Shown: one piece after another, positions 12,186 through 26,094 of the stretch | How positions within the stretch are numbered: position 1 is the stretch's first letter | How the letters are laid out: each line of letters opens with the position of its first letter | From: Azolla caroliniana | Lineage: Eukaryota; Plantae; Polypodiophyta | Direction of reading: 5' to 3' | Assembly (NCBI GenBank): GCA_043228905.1 | Contig: JBHGNT010000001.1 | Coordinates: forward strand, 36,952,001-37,016,000 | DNA: 64,000 bases | Program-made: the position numbers and the translations under genes | Notes under the pieces: generated by a model | Database searches by the model: none | What the model was told of the DNA's origin: nothing | Seen by the model: the letters and a program-made list of their open reading frames with translations, nothing else

Positions 12186-12805
12186 GATTATGCAATAATT
12201 TTTGTTGGGAAAATCATAGAACTGCACAGCTTTTTTGAAAATTATTAAGCAAATAGAACTAGCTGATGTAAATTTTCTAAATTCACAAGGTACAAATTCT
12301 CATGATTAACATCTTATTCATTCATTAAAATATATGCCAAAACAGATTTCGGTTGATCCTCATGTTTTACTCAATGTAGTTAGTTTTTGCCTGATTATCA
12401 ACTTGTGGCGAAAAAGCCTACTGATTTGCCTTGGTATCCCCACTATTTGTTTTGATTGAGATTATTAAGATGAAAAAGTTGTGTCTTCTATGTTCATTGT
12501 AATATTGTTCCTAACCTTTTTCACGGTTTTTTAATACAGCAATACATACATAAAGCATATCAAATCATCTATAACCCAAATTGAAAGAAAGCATGCAAAC
12601 CTAAGAAAACCATTAAACATAAATCTCTCCATAGTGTATGTATTATGATATTAAACTTACAAACATGGAGAATAAGGGCTGTATATATATAACTACTCTC
12701 CCATCTACCACATATTCACAAGTTTTCCAAACAAATCTCCTTGGTTGTGAATCCCCAATTCGATTATCGAATATTCTAAGCAGAGATGGAAACAGCTAAA
12801 AGCGT

Positions 12806-13285
12806 TTACAGGAAAGGTCTTTGTGACGCGGCACTAACCATTGCCGCCGCGAACTCTAGAAAATTGATCCTTCCATCTCCATCCATATCGGCTTCTCGGA
12901 TCATTTCACTTAACTCAGTAACAGTTAGAGGATGACCCATCTTTGCCATAGAGTAAGCCAATTCAGAAGCGCTTATGAACCCATTCCCATTTCGATCAAA
13001 CTTTCGAAAAAGTAACAGAAGCTCTTCTTGGTTATAGATTTGTTCGTCGGTGGTATCATTTCCTACCATGGTGACGAACTCCTCGAATTCGATAAGCCCA
13101 TTATTGTTGGTGTCAGACTTGTGTAAAAGCTCAGTAATCTGATCAACAGTTGGGTTGAGACCCAGGGAAAGAATTAATGCTCCGAGTTCGAGTTCAGTTA
13201 GACTTCCATCTCCATCTATATCAAATTTCAAAAAAATCTCCCTTAAGTCGGCTAATTGTTGCTTGGTCACCGGTTTGAGGCCCAT
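12806..13285 (-). CDS. Calmodulin-like protein (CML, 4 EF-hands), intronless CDS; probable 5'UTR intron 13454-14289
   Basis: EF loops DIDGDGSLTELE, DTNNNGLIEFEE, DRNGNGFISASE, DMDGDGRINFLE; ELAYSMAKMGHPLT resembles the CML15-18 group. Minus-strand AG|GTGCGG donor and TTCCAG acceptor lie upstream. Confidence 0.95.
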   Translation of the reverse strand: MGLKPVTKQQLADLREIFLKFDIDGDGSLTELELGALILSLGLNPTVDQITELLHKSDTNNNGLIEFEEFVTMVGNDTTDEQIYNQEELLLLFRKFDRNGNGFISASELAYSMAKMGHPLTVTELSEMIREADMDGDGRINFLEFAAAMVSAASQRPFL

Positions 13286-16200
13286 GCGTATTCTTTGTTT
13301 TTCTTTATCTTATATACAAAAAACAAAGTTTAGGCCAACAATGATACAAAGCTGATTATCTATTGCCAGGGTGCAACAGCAGATTCACTTTTGTCAATGT
13401 TGCACCTCTTAATTCTGCCGATTATTTCCCGTTGTATTTTGGGTTATAGGAACCTGGAATGTAAAATAGACACAAAATTAAAATATCTTAAACACAAATA
13501 GCAGATATTGTAATCAAAGTATGGGATGAGAACGGATCAATCAGATCAAACAAACAATTCAGTCAAAGTTCGACTCTATTGTGAGAAGAGAATAAATCCA
13601 GATTAATGTCTACAAGGTTTTCGTTTTGTATTATTCGAACCATAGAAATAAATACACATACAGAAACAAATTGAAATCAAGCTGATTCAACCCCTATGAA
13701 TATGAAGTGACAAATTGAATTGAATTCTATCAAACTAGGCATCTCCATGATGGCAATGAGTGTAGAATTGAATGGGTTCTTTGCAAACTATTTGTTATAT
13801 GTGATGGTAACAATGATGATACATACCGAGTTCAATTGAGTGCCGAATTCAGTTGGGTTCTATGGCAATCATGGTTGTGGGAGTGTGTCAATGTATAGAT
13901 ACATATGTATATTTAGAGAGATATCCTACACATGGATTGACAAATCCAATTGAATCCTATCCAAACCATGTGTACATAGGCTATTTATCAACAATTAGGT
14001 GGATCTCTTGTATATATGTGATGTGCGCAAAAGAAGCATATGGAATGAGTATCAAACCATATGTGCCGTGCCGATTGTCCAATTCAATTGGGTCCTATCC
14101 AAACCATGTGTATCAACAAGCATACAGAACGAAAATTTTAAGTGAATCTATTGTATATGAGTGATGTGAATATTAAACAAGCATATTGAATGAGGAATGG
14201 AAGTGGGTTCCATGCAAACCATGTTTATATGAATCAGTATTAAAAAACAACAACAAAAAACTGAGTGAGAGAAAGGGAGAGCCCCGCACCTAATCAGAAT
14301 CGGTATGAGGAAGAAGAGGCTAAGGATATGGAAATGGAAAGAGGCACAGAAAACCACAAAAAATGGTGTAAGACTTTGGAGAGGGGTGTGTGTGAATCCC
14401 TTCCTTTTGACATTTTCAAGATTAGGATCATGGATTTGCACCCATTCTCCTGCCCACACATCCGGGGTCCGCCACGCCCTTTTGACCGCATCCGCTGTCC
14501 GTCCATATTTTTGCTACGAATCTCGCCGTCCTTTCATTGTTTTTTTTTCCATGACGAGTATGAAAGCAAGCTTCCTTATTTCCGGTTGGATCGATGAAAA
14601 CTATAGTAAAGGCTAGTCCTCCTTGTAAATGCACCGGATTTTCATCTATAGTAAAGGCTAGTCCTCCTTGTAAATGCACCGGATCATCTACCAGGATTGC
14701 ATTCCAACTAGAAATAAGGTCTCGTGTGAATGTAAAGTTCCTCTGAGAGCCAACTCGTTCATTCCCCGACCTCTTTGCTTAGTCACATATGTGGTATCCC
14801 AAGTTGGGAATGGCCATATTATGTCTTAGTTTATTTGTTCAACCTAATATTTGTAGCTGGCACCATCTACACAAATAAATATCATGCACCAATTCTAGTA
14901 GCTGGCACCAAGTGACAACATCAAAGTGGCAATGATGTTGCATTGACTATGGTGCTATGAAAGAAACAAATACATCTATAATAGTGTGTGTGCATGCTCG
15001 TGTAAAGGATGACATACATCATGTGTGAACCCTTGTTGAATGAAGTCGCATGTATATTGTTTGTATTGAATTTACAATAACTTTATGGGACGAACAACTT
15101 GATTGAGCTAAATAATTATAAGAGATTATTTAATTGCTATGAATACCTTTATAAAACCCAGCTTGATTGAAACAAGGGTTTACGTTGACGTAATACATTA
15201 ATGGACTCTGGCAAAAAAACCTTCAATATTACGTCTACTAGGATGGACAAATGTGATATTTACCCAAATATATTAATGCAAGCATTGGTATCGCTTTAAT
15301 ATATTTGCACATAATGTAGTTTGCAATAGTGGGCAAACTCATCCAAGGGTTTCTAATGAGGATCAACTTATTCATACACTTCCATTATGAAACCGGTAAA
15401 CATCTTCTACACATCTTCTTGAATATTGGTCAAACTCATCCAAGGGTTCTTGATCTGGATCGACTTATTCATACACTATCAGTATGAAATCGGAAAACAT
15501 CATATGCATGTCTTCCTATCTCCATTTAAGGGGGAGGGGGGGTTTATGGCACACTATTTAGTTGATGGATTTTGCATCGGCATCAAAGTTTCGCCTCATC
15601 ACTATCCAAATATTTATATGAGCCAACACACACACACACACATAGAGACTTGTCTCGACAACAACTTTATTGGAGTTTTGGTAAGGAGGGCCATGTGTAA
15701 GTAAGGTTCTATACATATGAAATCCCTATGTGGAGCAAGAGGACATTGTCATTTAGTGATATCTTTAAGATAGGGATATCACATCCTTCAAATTTAATAT
15801 AGATATAGAATAATACTTACAAACAAAAAAATATTATCTAGAGATTCATTGCTCTTTTTTTAGCATCCCCAAAAGGTTGAAATGGTCCACAGTGACACCA
15901 TACGGTATGTTTTATCCTAGACCTTTGGTGATCTAATCGTGACAAAAACTTCTAATATTTGGGCACCTCATTTTAGCATAATATTAAAGCATTGCCTTCA
16001 TACATCATCTAAAAAACTGTTGATGCTCAACAATTATATCCAACTTATTATAGATTGCCAATTTATATAATAAGAAGTTAAGATTTTATTAAAATTTTCT
16101 TTGTAAGTTTCAGTTTACAACCCACTTTTGTCCAACCAAGTGTCAAAAATGACAACAATGTTGCCTTATAAAAGCAACCTTAGCAATAAAGCTTTAATTT

Positions 16201-17788
16201 AGGGTTAGAAATTTGTTGGTAAATTGAGTCTAGACTCCATATCAAGGCCTTTCGTGTTATAGTCAATGTTGTGCCCAACAATAAAATATGAACCAAGAAC
16301 ACCCAAAGGAAGATATCAATGAAACATAACCTAGTTGAATTTGATGTAGATTAAAGAGGAAGAACAATGCATATATAGGCACATCTGAACTAAGAAAATA
16401 TGAAAGAAGTATTGAGCTCAGCAAAACAATTATGCAACACAAAGGAAGTACAAGATACTATTTTTTGTGAAAAGCAACTTGATTAAGAGCTAAATGTCAT
16501 ATACAATTATATATGATATGACTATATTTGGGGTAAATGTTACCAAAATTTTGGTTTAATCACAAATAAATTTTTGTTCTGCTATACTACATCATAAGCT
16601 TTTTACATCTTATCGTCTACCCACAAATTCATTTCATTCATTTAAAGGATTTGGTGCTCTTCCCCCCACATTATCGAGGGAAATGCTTCTCAATTTGTAC
16701 ATACATGGTAATAACTTCACATATATTCAGACATAGTTCAAACATTGTTTGAGAAACTCCCATTAATAAAAGAATTGTTGACATAGGCTAGTGAATTTAG
16801 ACACAATGCATAACCATTACACAAGCACTGGAATACACTTAACACAAAGTAAGTTGGTAAATGCATTTGCATGATAAAAATTCGTTCTGACTCAATCCCA
16901 TTTAAGAATCTCGTTGCTTCGTCTTATCAAGAGGATCTTATGAATTTGAGTATACTTATGATTCCATACAACAATATATTTGTATGATTCATCTCATAGA
17001 CACCAAAATATAATATTCTGAATCACAATCATGGAATAAATACTTAATACTATATATTACAAAATGAGCATTATCACTAAAAATTACAAAACGAGATTCA
17101 CAAAAAGGATGTCAAAATAAAGACATCTGGCACTGAGGCATACATTATCATAAAATGTGAGCCTGTATTACAATGCAATTTTCGAATTAAGAAAAGACTG
17201 GCCATTTCACACATTTTCTGATACCTCTCAGAGGGGCAGTTTATACATACATATAGCACAAGGGATTCAAGTCACTTACAATTTTTTCTGATACCCTGTT
17301 TCGTAGAAAACTATTTACTAAAGCATGTATTGAGAACCATTGACTTTTTTAGATCAAGAATAAAACATGCCATCGTACATGGCAAAGCGAAATACATAAG
17401 TTGCAGGGATTCAAAATTATGGGGTCTCTCTTTCTCAGTACGTCCAGATCCAAGAGTATTAAAAATTTAGAACACCATAGACATTTCACCCAAGAATTCC
17501 AATGCCAAAGCATTATACCCATTGAGCCAAATAAAGATGCAGAATGAATGCAAACGTGATTCAAAACATCTCTATTTTTTCCTGATTACCTCTTTGTCAA
17601 GGTAAAGTATATCCTAGAGTGTCGCATAGACATCATTTTTCCAAGAAATTAAGAATTACTCACCCACCACACTAACCGCGTATAATAAGATGAAGAAGAC
17701 ATCACGAAAGACTAAAAATACAAAACGGCCTTTTTGCATAAGGTGGGAGGATCATGTGTTTATCAATCAATTTGTTTCCTCTTTGTTT

Positions 17789-20700
17789 TCAGAACATTTG
17801 ATTTCTGAATGCCTGTTGTAAATCCAGAACCTGCTGCTTCTGCTCGGGAGGCAAAGAATTAATTTGCTCAGGTGTAAGGTTCATAACTTGCTGTAGCAAA
17901 GCCTTTTGCTGCTCAGGTTCTAGCGAAATCTGGACGGACACCAAGGAAGAACAATGATTCATCTCAATAAAAGCCCAAATCATCAAAATATAAATAATAC
18001 CTAGAACTTAAAAGAGGGTCCTCTGTAAAAAACTATACAGTATAAACCCTAAAAGTAGAACGTGAACAGAATGCAAAGAAGAATTTATAATCAATTTTGA
18101 AATTCATTTAAATCATAAAACGACTACACCTTGAACTGTAAAACCTGAACATCGTCAGAAGAACAATGACTCATTCCAATGACTACCAAAATGATAAAAT
18201 CAAAATCGAAAACCTAAAACTTGAGCATAAGTCCATAGAAGAATTTTACAATTAATTTTGTAACTTAGCACTAAACCTTGAAGTCTAATATGCCTGAAAA
18301 CACTCCAAAGAAGAACAATGATTCATATAAAAAACTACCCAATCAACAAAACCCTACAACCTAAAACCTAGAACCTGAACAGAGTTCACAGCAGGGGCAA
18401 TAATTTAATTTCGGAAAATATCTGAATAGAGTCTGAAGAAGAATCATGATTAGTTTGACAACTGCCCAGAATGTATAAATCCTTAGCAGACACTGAATAA
18501 GAACAGTGACTAATTTCGCGAACTATCTGAATCATAAGACCCTAAACCATGTACTCTAAAACCTGAACAGAGAATGATACTATCCAAATCATAAAACTCT
18601 AAAACCTAAACACTTAACAGAGTCTTTAGAAGAACAGTGACAATCATGCCAACTTCCGTACATTTTAAAAAATGAACAGAGTCAGAAGAACGATTATTAA
18701 TTTCAACAGCCAGTCATTCATGAAGACCTCAAACCTTGAAACCTGAAACACACACACACACACACACTATACCAGAACATAGTCGAAAGAAAAACAATGA
18801 TTAATTTCAACAGCTTCCCTTATCATAAAAATCTAAACACTAAACAATGAGCTCTAAACCTTCACATAGTCCAAAACAAAAACGATTGATACACCTGCCC
18901 AATCATAACAATCTTGAACACTAATACTAACCTGAGTTTGCGGTTGACTTGGAGGCTGTATCATAGTATGGCTATATTCTTGAGGATGCATAATTCCAGC
19001 AGCTCCTTCTCCCATAGTACCTTGCATCAGAGGCCCCACTATTGAACTTGAAGAAGATGCAAACTGAGCAGAATTGCTGAACATATCCATGTCAGGTCCT
19101 CTTCCGGATTGAGAAACCCCAGCTAAAGTCAAGCTGGCTGATACCTTTGATTCAAATGTCACTATGTAAGCATTTCCACTATCGCCCACCTCCATATAGA
19201 CAATGCACATATCCTTCATTCTTATCAAATCTTTTCACGAGACAGTAGCATTAGGCTTTAGCTCACCTGTAAATGTTGCGGAGGAGGCTGATTCGGTAGA
19301 GGTGGTGGCATGCCTTGGTATGGTGGTAATCCAGTTAAGGGAGGGGTTATTCCACTAGGTTGCTGCAAATACTTCCAGGATTAGAACTTCTGAAAATAAT
19401 GATTAATGGAATTTTTTAACAGGATATTTGGCAGTAAAGATTATATTTCTATAGAGAAAGAAAGACATAGTAATCATCCATGACAGTCCAAGATCAGAAG
19501 AATGAGTCTGTGTCCTCTTTAAGTATCCAAGTGATGGATGACCATAATGATTATATTTTACCATCCCCCCTAGAGTCCTCATAAGTATCAAGAGATGGAC
19601 AGACTGAACGAAAATAAAACCTGTGAAAGTTGTGGCTGCTGACTCTGAGAGTACTGAGAACCAACTCCTTGAGCAGCTCGAAGAGGTGATGGGGGTCGAG
19701 CTTGTGGGGGCAAAGGTGGTTGTAAAGGCAATTGAAGCTGTGTATGTTGTGGCAAGGCAACGGTACTTGGTGGTACTTGTACCAGAGCAGATTGTGGAGT
19801 AAGTTCTGTTGTTGGATGGATGCTCAACTGCTGCTGAGGTGGATGATGAGTCATTTGGAAAGGGAAATTTTGAGTGTGTTGAAGCTGAGGCTGAGGCTGT
19901 TGGGCACTGGGTTGTAATTGACCTGCAGCATTTATTTGAGGTTTCCCTTGTTCTGATGAGACTATTGAAGACATTTGTAAAACATTTATTTGAGTTTTCC
20001 CTTGTTGAGGCGTGATCATTGAAGACATTTGCCCACCCTGTGGGTAGTAAAAACCATTACAAGGAATTCTAGGGAAACAAACAATGAACTAACCGAACTT
20101 CAATAATTTAAGTTTTAGTTTAAGCTTAACGTACCATCTGAGGTACGGATCCCAATATGAGTTGTGCCTGAAAAGCAGGTAACCACAAAGCGTAAGTGAG
20201 CACTGAGTGGATATCTTATAGACTCGCATATATACTTGATACTAGATAGTATTTAATTTGCATATGCATTTAGAAGAGGATCTCGACACCTGAAACAGTG
20301 CTTTTGTGAGATGTGGATTTGCTAACAAGATTTGTCGAGCTTGTTGTTGATTCTGCTGGATAAAGTCCTGCCATAGGAAACAAGCTTCACATTATATCAC
20401 CCACCATCAATTTCCACGAAGCCCAAATCAATCAAATGGCTTCACATTATACCTTCATCAGATGAATGATTTCATATAGTTGGAATCTTGATAAACCAGC
20501 TAGATAAACAGTGAGGGGGTCGGTCATGGCTACTCTACCAGCACCGCCTGTGGCATTAGATCTAATCGGCATTTGTGGAGCTCCTAAAAGACCAGCCATT
20601 ACTCCCGCAGCTGAAACTGCAGCCGTAATGCCTACAGCTTGATGTAAAGACAGGTCTCTGGCTACTTTAGGTCCAACTGCTTGCTTGGACAAATCTGCAA

Positions 20701-23477
20701 GTATCAAGTGAAAATTAACTTATATATCAAAGACCTATAACCCCTAACTAGAAACTAATATAGTACTCTGGTCAGATACTTACCTAGAAAGCCTGGCCCT
20801 CCTCGGCCCTACAAATAATCAGCAAGTCCATGATCATTCATATTCTAAGAAGAGCAAATTGTTTTTCCAAAACAATATGTTCACATTTACCTGCTCTCTG
20901 GACCGATCAGCACTCCCTTTTTCATTCTCTGCAAAATCCACTCGTAATTGGCGTCCATTTATCTCATAGCCCTGCAAGTTACGCCGGGCACTCAATGCTG
21001 TTTCCTCATCTCTGTACTCACAGAAACCAAAACCTTTTGGTTTTCCTGTGTCCCTGTCAAGTACCAAACTGCCAGAGAAACCATATCGGTAAGACTAACA
21101 GCAAGATCCTGTAAATCAAATCTAAAAGCAAAGACTGAGGTACTGTTTTCCCATGATTTCATAATAGTCTTCTACAACATTGTACAACATATGTACATCT
21201 GAATGGGAAGGAGCCATCAAATTGGTCTATAAAACTTGAGAGGGATGGAAGCTTATTGATTGGTTTTGGGTTCTGGGTTTTGGTTTAGGGTTTCAGGCTT
21301 GGGTGTTCATCTGCTTAACGTGTTTCTCCGGTATGATAGTAAATTGAAGTGTGCTTAATTTCTATCAAAGAATATTCTTTCCTGACTCATGTGTCCTTAT
21401 CAGGATTGACCATCGATTTATACATGATATTCTTATTTTGCCGTCGGCATGTAGAGAAAACCAAAAAATTAAGCTTTGCCAATACGGAGGAGCCATTTTA
21501 GTCAATAAAATCCTCAAATATATAGCTTAATTTCCTGTCTCCAAATGTTCGGAGAAAACTTCAGTCAAAGTTGGTGATAAAGTTACAATTAATTTGCAAA
21601 GATGAGGAAACTCATGACATTCTTTGGGATGCTGCATTCAACAGGCATGTAATTCCATCATGATTCTCTTTAGTAATCAAACGGATTCATATACATTCAC
21701 ATAGATGCTTAAAGTAGCTAATCACTAGCTCTTTTATTCTGTACAAGATTTGGCAAAGGTTACATGAACAAATGAATGGTTCACTGATTATCTTACAAAT
21801 AACTCCAGCATATTGCTATGTCAACAGCCAAGAGTTACAATATATTGATAGACAGAGAGGGTAATAGCGGCACATAAAGCTGGCACAATTAGTTGTGTAG
21901 CATACCATATAACTGGAAAACACAAACGTATACAACAATTTGAAATTAATATGAGTCATGACACAAATTCAAGATCATGATGAGAATACACTAACAAGAA
22001 TCTTTTCTTCTGTACAACCCACACGCCCCAAATACTCAGACGGGAAGAACCATTAAGATTGATTACAAACAAAATCTTATTGGAGAACAACTTCCTCCAT
22101 CCTCACATTTTACCAATAAGCGATTCTACAAGCACCACCCATATGATCTTCGTTTGGGTACCTGTTGACATCTATCCTGGTTACCAAAACAATGAATATT
22201 CTTTGTTGTTCGTTAATGTGTGCAAAATGAACTTACAAAATCGAACATGTTCACCCAAACCGCTGCTACAACGTCATATTGGTTAGTGAGAAGTTTAGTA
22301 CAACTAAATTCAAAAACCAGGCTGCATCAACAACAAATTAGAATACCTCGTAAGACTTTCACAAATGTTGCGAATCACATGCAATGTCATGCTATCGTAG
22401 TCTGAAATTAAACCAAAATTATCTGCGTTGTTCGTATCACTCAGAAAGTTTACAATAGAGAATGCCCCAACTTCCAAATACGTGATCAAGGTAACGACAT
22501 CATCTGCTTTAAAGCAAAAGGTTTGCACATATAATTTCCATAGAGAAAAAAAGAACACGTTCTGCATGCTTATAAGTACCAGGTTGCATTCCACCAAGCA
22601 TTTTCCATATGCACATTTTTTCAACATGTGAGGTATATGCTAATATCAGAGATAGACAGAAGATGTACACCAACATATTAAACTTATAAGCTTTTCATAA
22701 CTCTAAAGAAGAACAAACTCTTTGATGGCCTGAGACGTTCAAAAAAAGGGAGTTCCTGATCTTGAACCCACCGAAAAGAGACGACTGGTCCAACCTCCTC
22801 GCAGATGCGAATCAACTCTTCTTCTGTGGCATCATATGGTATATTCCCCACTGTCAAGGTATATTTACATTAGCATAATCCCTGAGAAGATTGGCACGCT
22901 ATGATGCTTTGTTAAAATGTTTTAGTAATCTTTGCATGAACACTGTGTCACAGAAATTGATTTAAGCATGTATTCCATGTTAACTTTAAAGTTGCATATG
23001 GTAATACACTCATTGACTACTGCTCAATTTTTCATAAATTAAATTATTTGAGGTGATTTTAAGTAGCTTAATGAAAATGATCCATGATCCATTAAAACGC
23101 TTTCAATAGATTAAAAACGTAGTAGATTATGAAATTATACTATTACCATTAATAAACATGGATAGATCCTGAAATAAAACAGTAACTTTTACTGAACTCT
23201 TAGAATGATCCAAAAAACTCAACTTTTACCCTAGTTTCACTAACCTCTGAGAAATACGGAAAACATCCGTACTCTGAGAAGAGTTCAAAAAACCCTAATT
23301 TTACTGACCTCTGAGATGGACCCAGAAATTTCTAATTATATTGACCCCAGAGAGAACCCAATAAGCATTAACTTTACTGACACCCGAGAGAACAAAAAAC
23401 CCGAAAGAGACAGAACTGACGATAGAAGAAGAAAAAAAGTTCCTACCGAAAACAGAGCGACGTTGGGTACTGCTCAT
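17789..23477 (-). CDS. CSTF64: Cleavage stimulation factor 64 kDa subunit. Exons 23477-23447, 22850-22772, 21068-20891, 20808-20784, 20694-20453, 20367-20290, 20167-20135, 20037-19621, 19362-19267, ~19189-18932, 17929-17789
   Basis: RRM: [62 protein letters not shown]. Hinge: [26 protein letters not shown]-rich linker. C-terminal [24 protein letters not shown]. The exon 10 acceptor is uncertain. Confidence 0.93.
17930..18850. repeat. Degenerate tandem repeat filling the last CstF64 intron
   Basis: About ten variants of (CCTGAACAGAGTC..)GAAGAACAATGATT..AAATCATAAAA..CCTAAAACCT. Confidence 0.75.
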
Positions 23478-24841
23478 GACGGTGGGGAAATGGTTTCAAT
23501 TTGAAGCTTTAATGGAAAATCAAGAGCTGAGGAAGCCTGCTAGGATAACGTTGGTCGAGAAGGAGCATTTCCGCCTGTTTCCTTCCTCTTCTTGGATTGA
23601 GTGTGGAATGAAAACCCACAAGTCTAGTTTCATCATGCGAGACAATGGCTCTGCAGAAGAGGAGCAACAGAGGGGTGTATATAAGAAAAACTCAGATCTC
23701 TCTCTCTCTCTCTCTGTCTCTGATAATTGACTAGACTTTGTCTTTTGCTTTTGCTTTTCTCCCTTCCTTCCTCTTCTTGCCTCCGCTGAGGTTTCTCTCT
23801 TCTGATTGTGATTAACGTGATCCATGTTTCCATTATGTACATACATACATACACATAGAGAGAGACACACACACACAAACAAACAAACAGATATTTATTT
23901 CTTTTCGTCTCCAATGGATCTATTGAAAATCTTGGGATCAAGATTTCTAGGGTTTGTGTTCCCAAGAAGCGCGCAACTCTGGAGGCCTAAGTTTTTCGGG
24001 GGTCTTCTGAGTTATGATGCGCGAGGGTTTCTATTGTCTTGAACCTATATTACTATCTTCCAAGGAGTGTCTCGGGTAGACTTGAACCCATGGAATGTGA
24101 AAGTGTTTCAAGACCCGAAAGCATGACATGCATTGTGCTTTCTTTGTGTGAGACCATTTCCTAGGTTTGGATCTAAAGAACCTATATATTCATCATGCAC
24201 CATGCTCAACAGCTAGACTCTAGAGCATATGGTGCCACCATTTTGTAGGTTCGAGTTATGCCACGGAGCATCCATCCTTGAGTCAATGTCCAACCATGGT
24301 TCCTGACGAAATTGTTAATTTGCATTAGACCATTTTTTGGGTTTTGTTATGTGATCATGAACATATCTCTTTTCTATTTTATTAGTGGAACCTCGAAATG
24401 TTTGTTTGAAATATACATTTCATATGTTTGTTGCTATGCTATGTGAAATTTGAGCTATGGAACTTTGATAACTTCAACCCTGGATGAAACTCGTACAATT
24501 GTGTCGCAATTTTAGAGCCAACACGGACTAGACATGATCATAATGTTTGTAGGAACAAATTTGTGCATGCTCAACACGATTAAATGTCCATCTTTTCATG
24601 CGTGCTCCCTACAAGAAAGTTAAAATAGAATCTCACTACGATGTTTTGAAACAATTGATATAGAAGGACCAATAGGCAAGAGTAATGGAGTTCTTGATCA
24701 CGAAGATCTTCCAATATTAGCAAGTGGTACTACTACTAGTGCTAAACCAAAGGTCAATCATACTGATTGACGATTAAGAGATTGATATAGCGAAAGCGAA
24801 AGCACATGGGCAGGCGGGCGGGCATGCGTGGATGATGGATG

Positions 24842-24965
24842 TAGAAAGAAAGAAAGAAATGTATATTAACGTCGTCTTTTAAGAGGCCAAAATGGCCTAT
24901 AAGAAAGACCAAACAAAGAAGTTACATCTTTTAAGAAAAAAGGGTAGAGAAGAGAACAACAAACA
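24842..24965 (-). mobile_element. Isolated 3' tail fragment of an RTE-like LINE family
   Basis: Aligns by eye with 63679-63795 (same orientation) and with the reverse complement of 57448-57558; ends in a (CTTT)n tail on the minus strand. Confidence 0.7.
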
Positions 24966-26094
24966 ATTTCAGGGGCATTTCAGCAATTTCTTCGTCTCGA
25001 GACTCTACCCTTGGATCTGTGATTTCTCAGACTTCGAAAGAGAGAGCGAGAGAGAAAGAGTGTGTGTGTGTGTGTGTGTGTGTGTTTACATTGATTGTCC
25101 TGTTCTCATTCCTGCTGACGATGGAGACTCATGTACATAATAACTAGCTTGGACAGACAATTTCAAGCGTAGGGTAATCCCTTACAAGTATGGATTCATG
25201 TTTTCATCTTTTGTTATTTAGGGGTTTCCTTCTGTTCTTCCCCCCCCCATCCACGCATCAGTATCTACATGTATATCGCATCGCAAACTTTGTGCACAGA
25301 TCGGTGGGAACATTTGTGTGCAACGATCCTGTATTCAAATGTGTAGTTTCTGAAATTATCATTGATCCATTACTATTTGAGGAAATTCCGGAAATGCTGT
25401 CCTCTGATCTTGAAAAATAACCAAGACACCATCAGTTAAACTCTGGATTTGATTGATGGGTGTGACCCTTACTCTAGTGGAAGTGATTACTGCTCACTTG
25501 GGGTTGACCATTGCTGAATTTGAGTTTGTTTTCATTAAATTGGGGTGATTATTACGGTGAACAGGGATCAATTTCATATGATCAATGATTAGCTGGTCAT
25601 GGGTTTTATTATTGTTTATGGGTGCTAATGTGGAACTGGTTCGCGGCTAGCCTTTTAACAGTGGAGTTGTTAGTATTTGATTGAGATGTTGGGGTGATTG
25701 TTGTACCATTGCAGTGATTAGAACATTTTTGGGTGATAAGCAGTTGATTGGAACTTACTAGCACTTGAGTTGGAGGTGATTACACATTTTCCTTCGATTG
25801 GGGTGATTATCAGTGCTGGAGGGTGATTAGCAGTTGATAGAAAGTTATAAGCACTCAAGCACTCAATTAGAAGCGATTACAATTTCTCTTTTTGGCTCCA
25901 TAATCATTATAATATGTCACAATGACATATATTGGTAATGGATTTGCACAAACTGTAATGGTATATTGGTGCTTTCCCCTTTATTTTCTCATTTTGTACC
26001 GAATGCCCTTAACAAGAATGCATGGAAAGGTTCTTTTTTAGGGTTTTTCATTTTCTGTTGTTACACTAGAACTCTCAGTAAATTAATGTAGAGA

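Noticed and set aside
23520-23636. 38-aa uORF upstream of CstF64
   Set aside because: The TSS is unknown and probably downstream of or within it; no recognisable conserved peptide.
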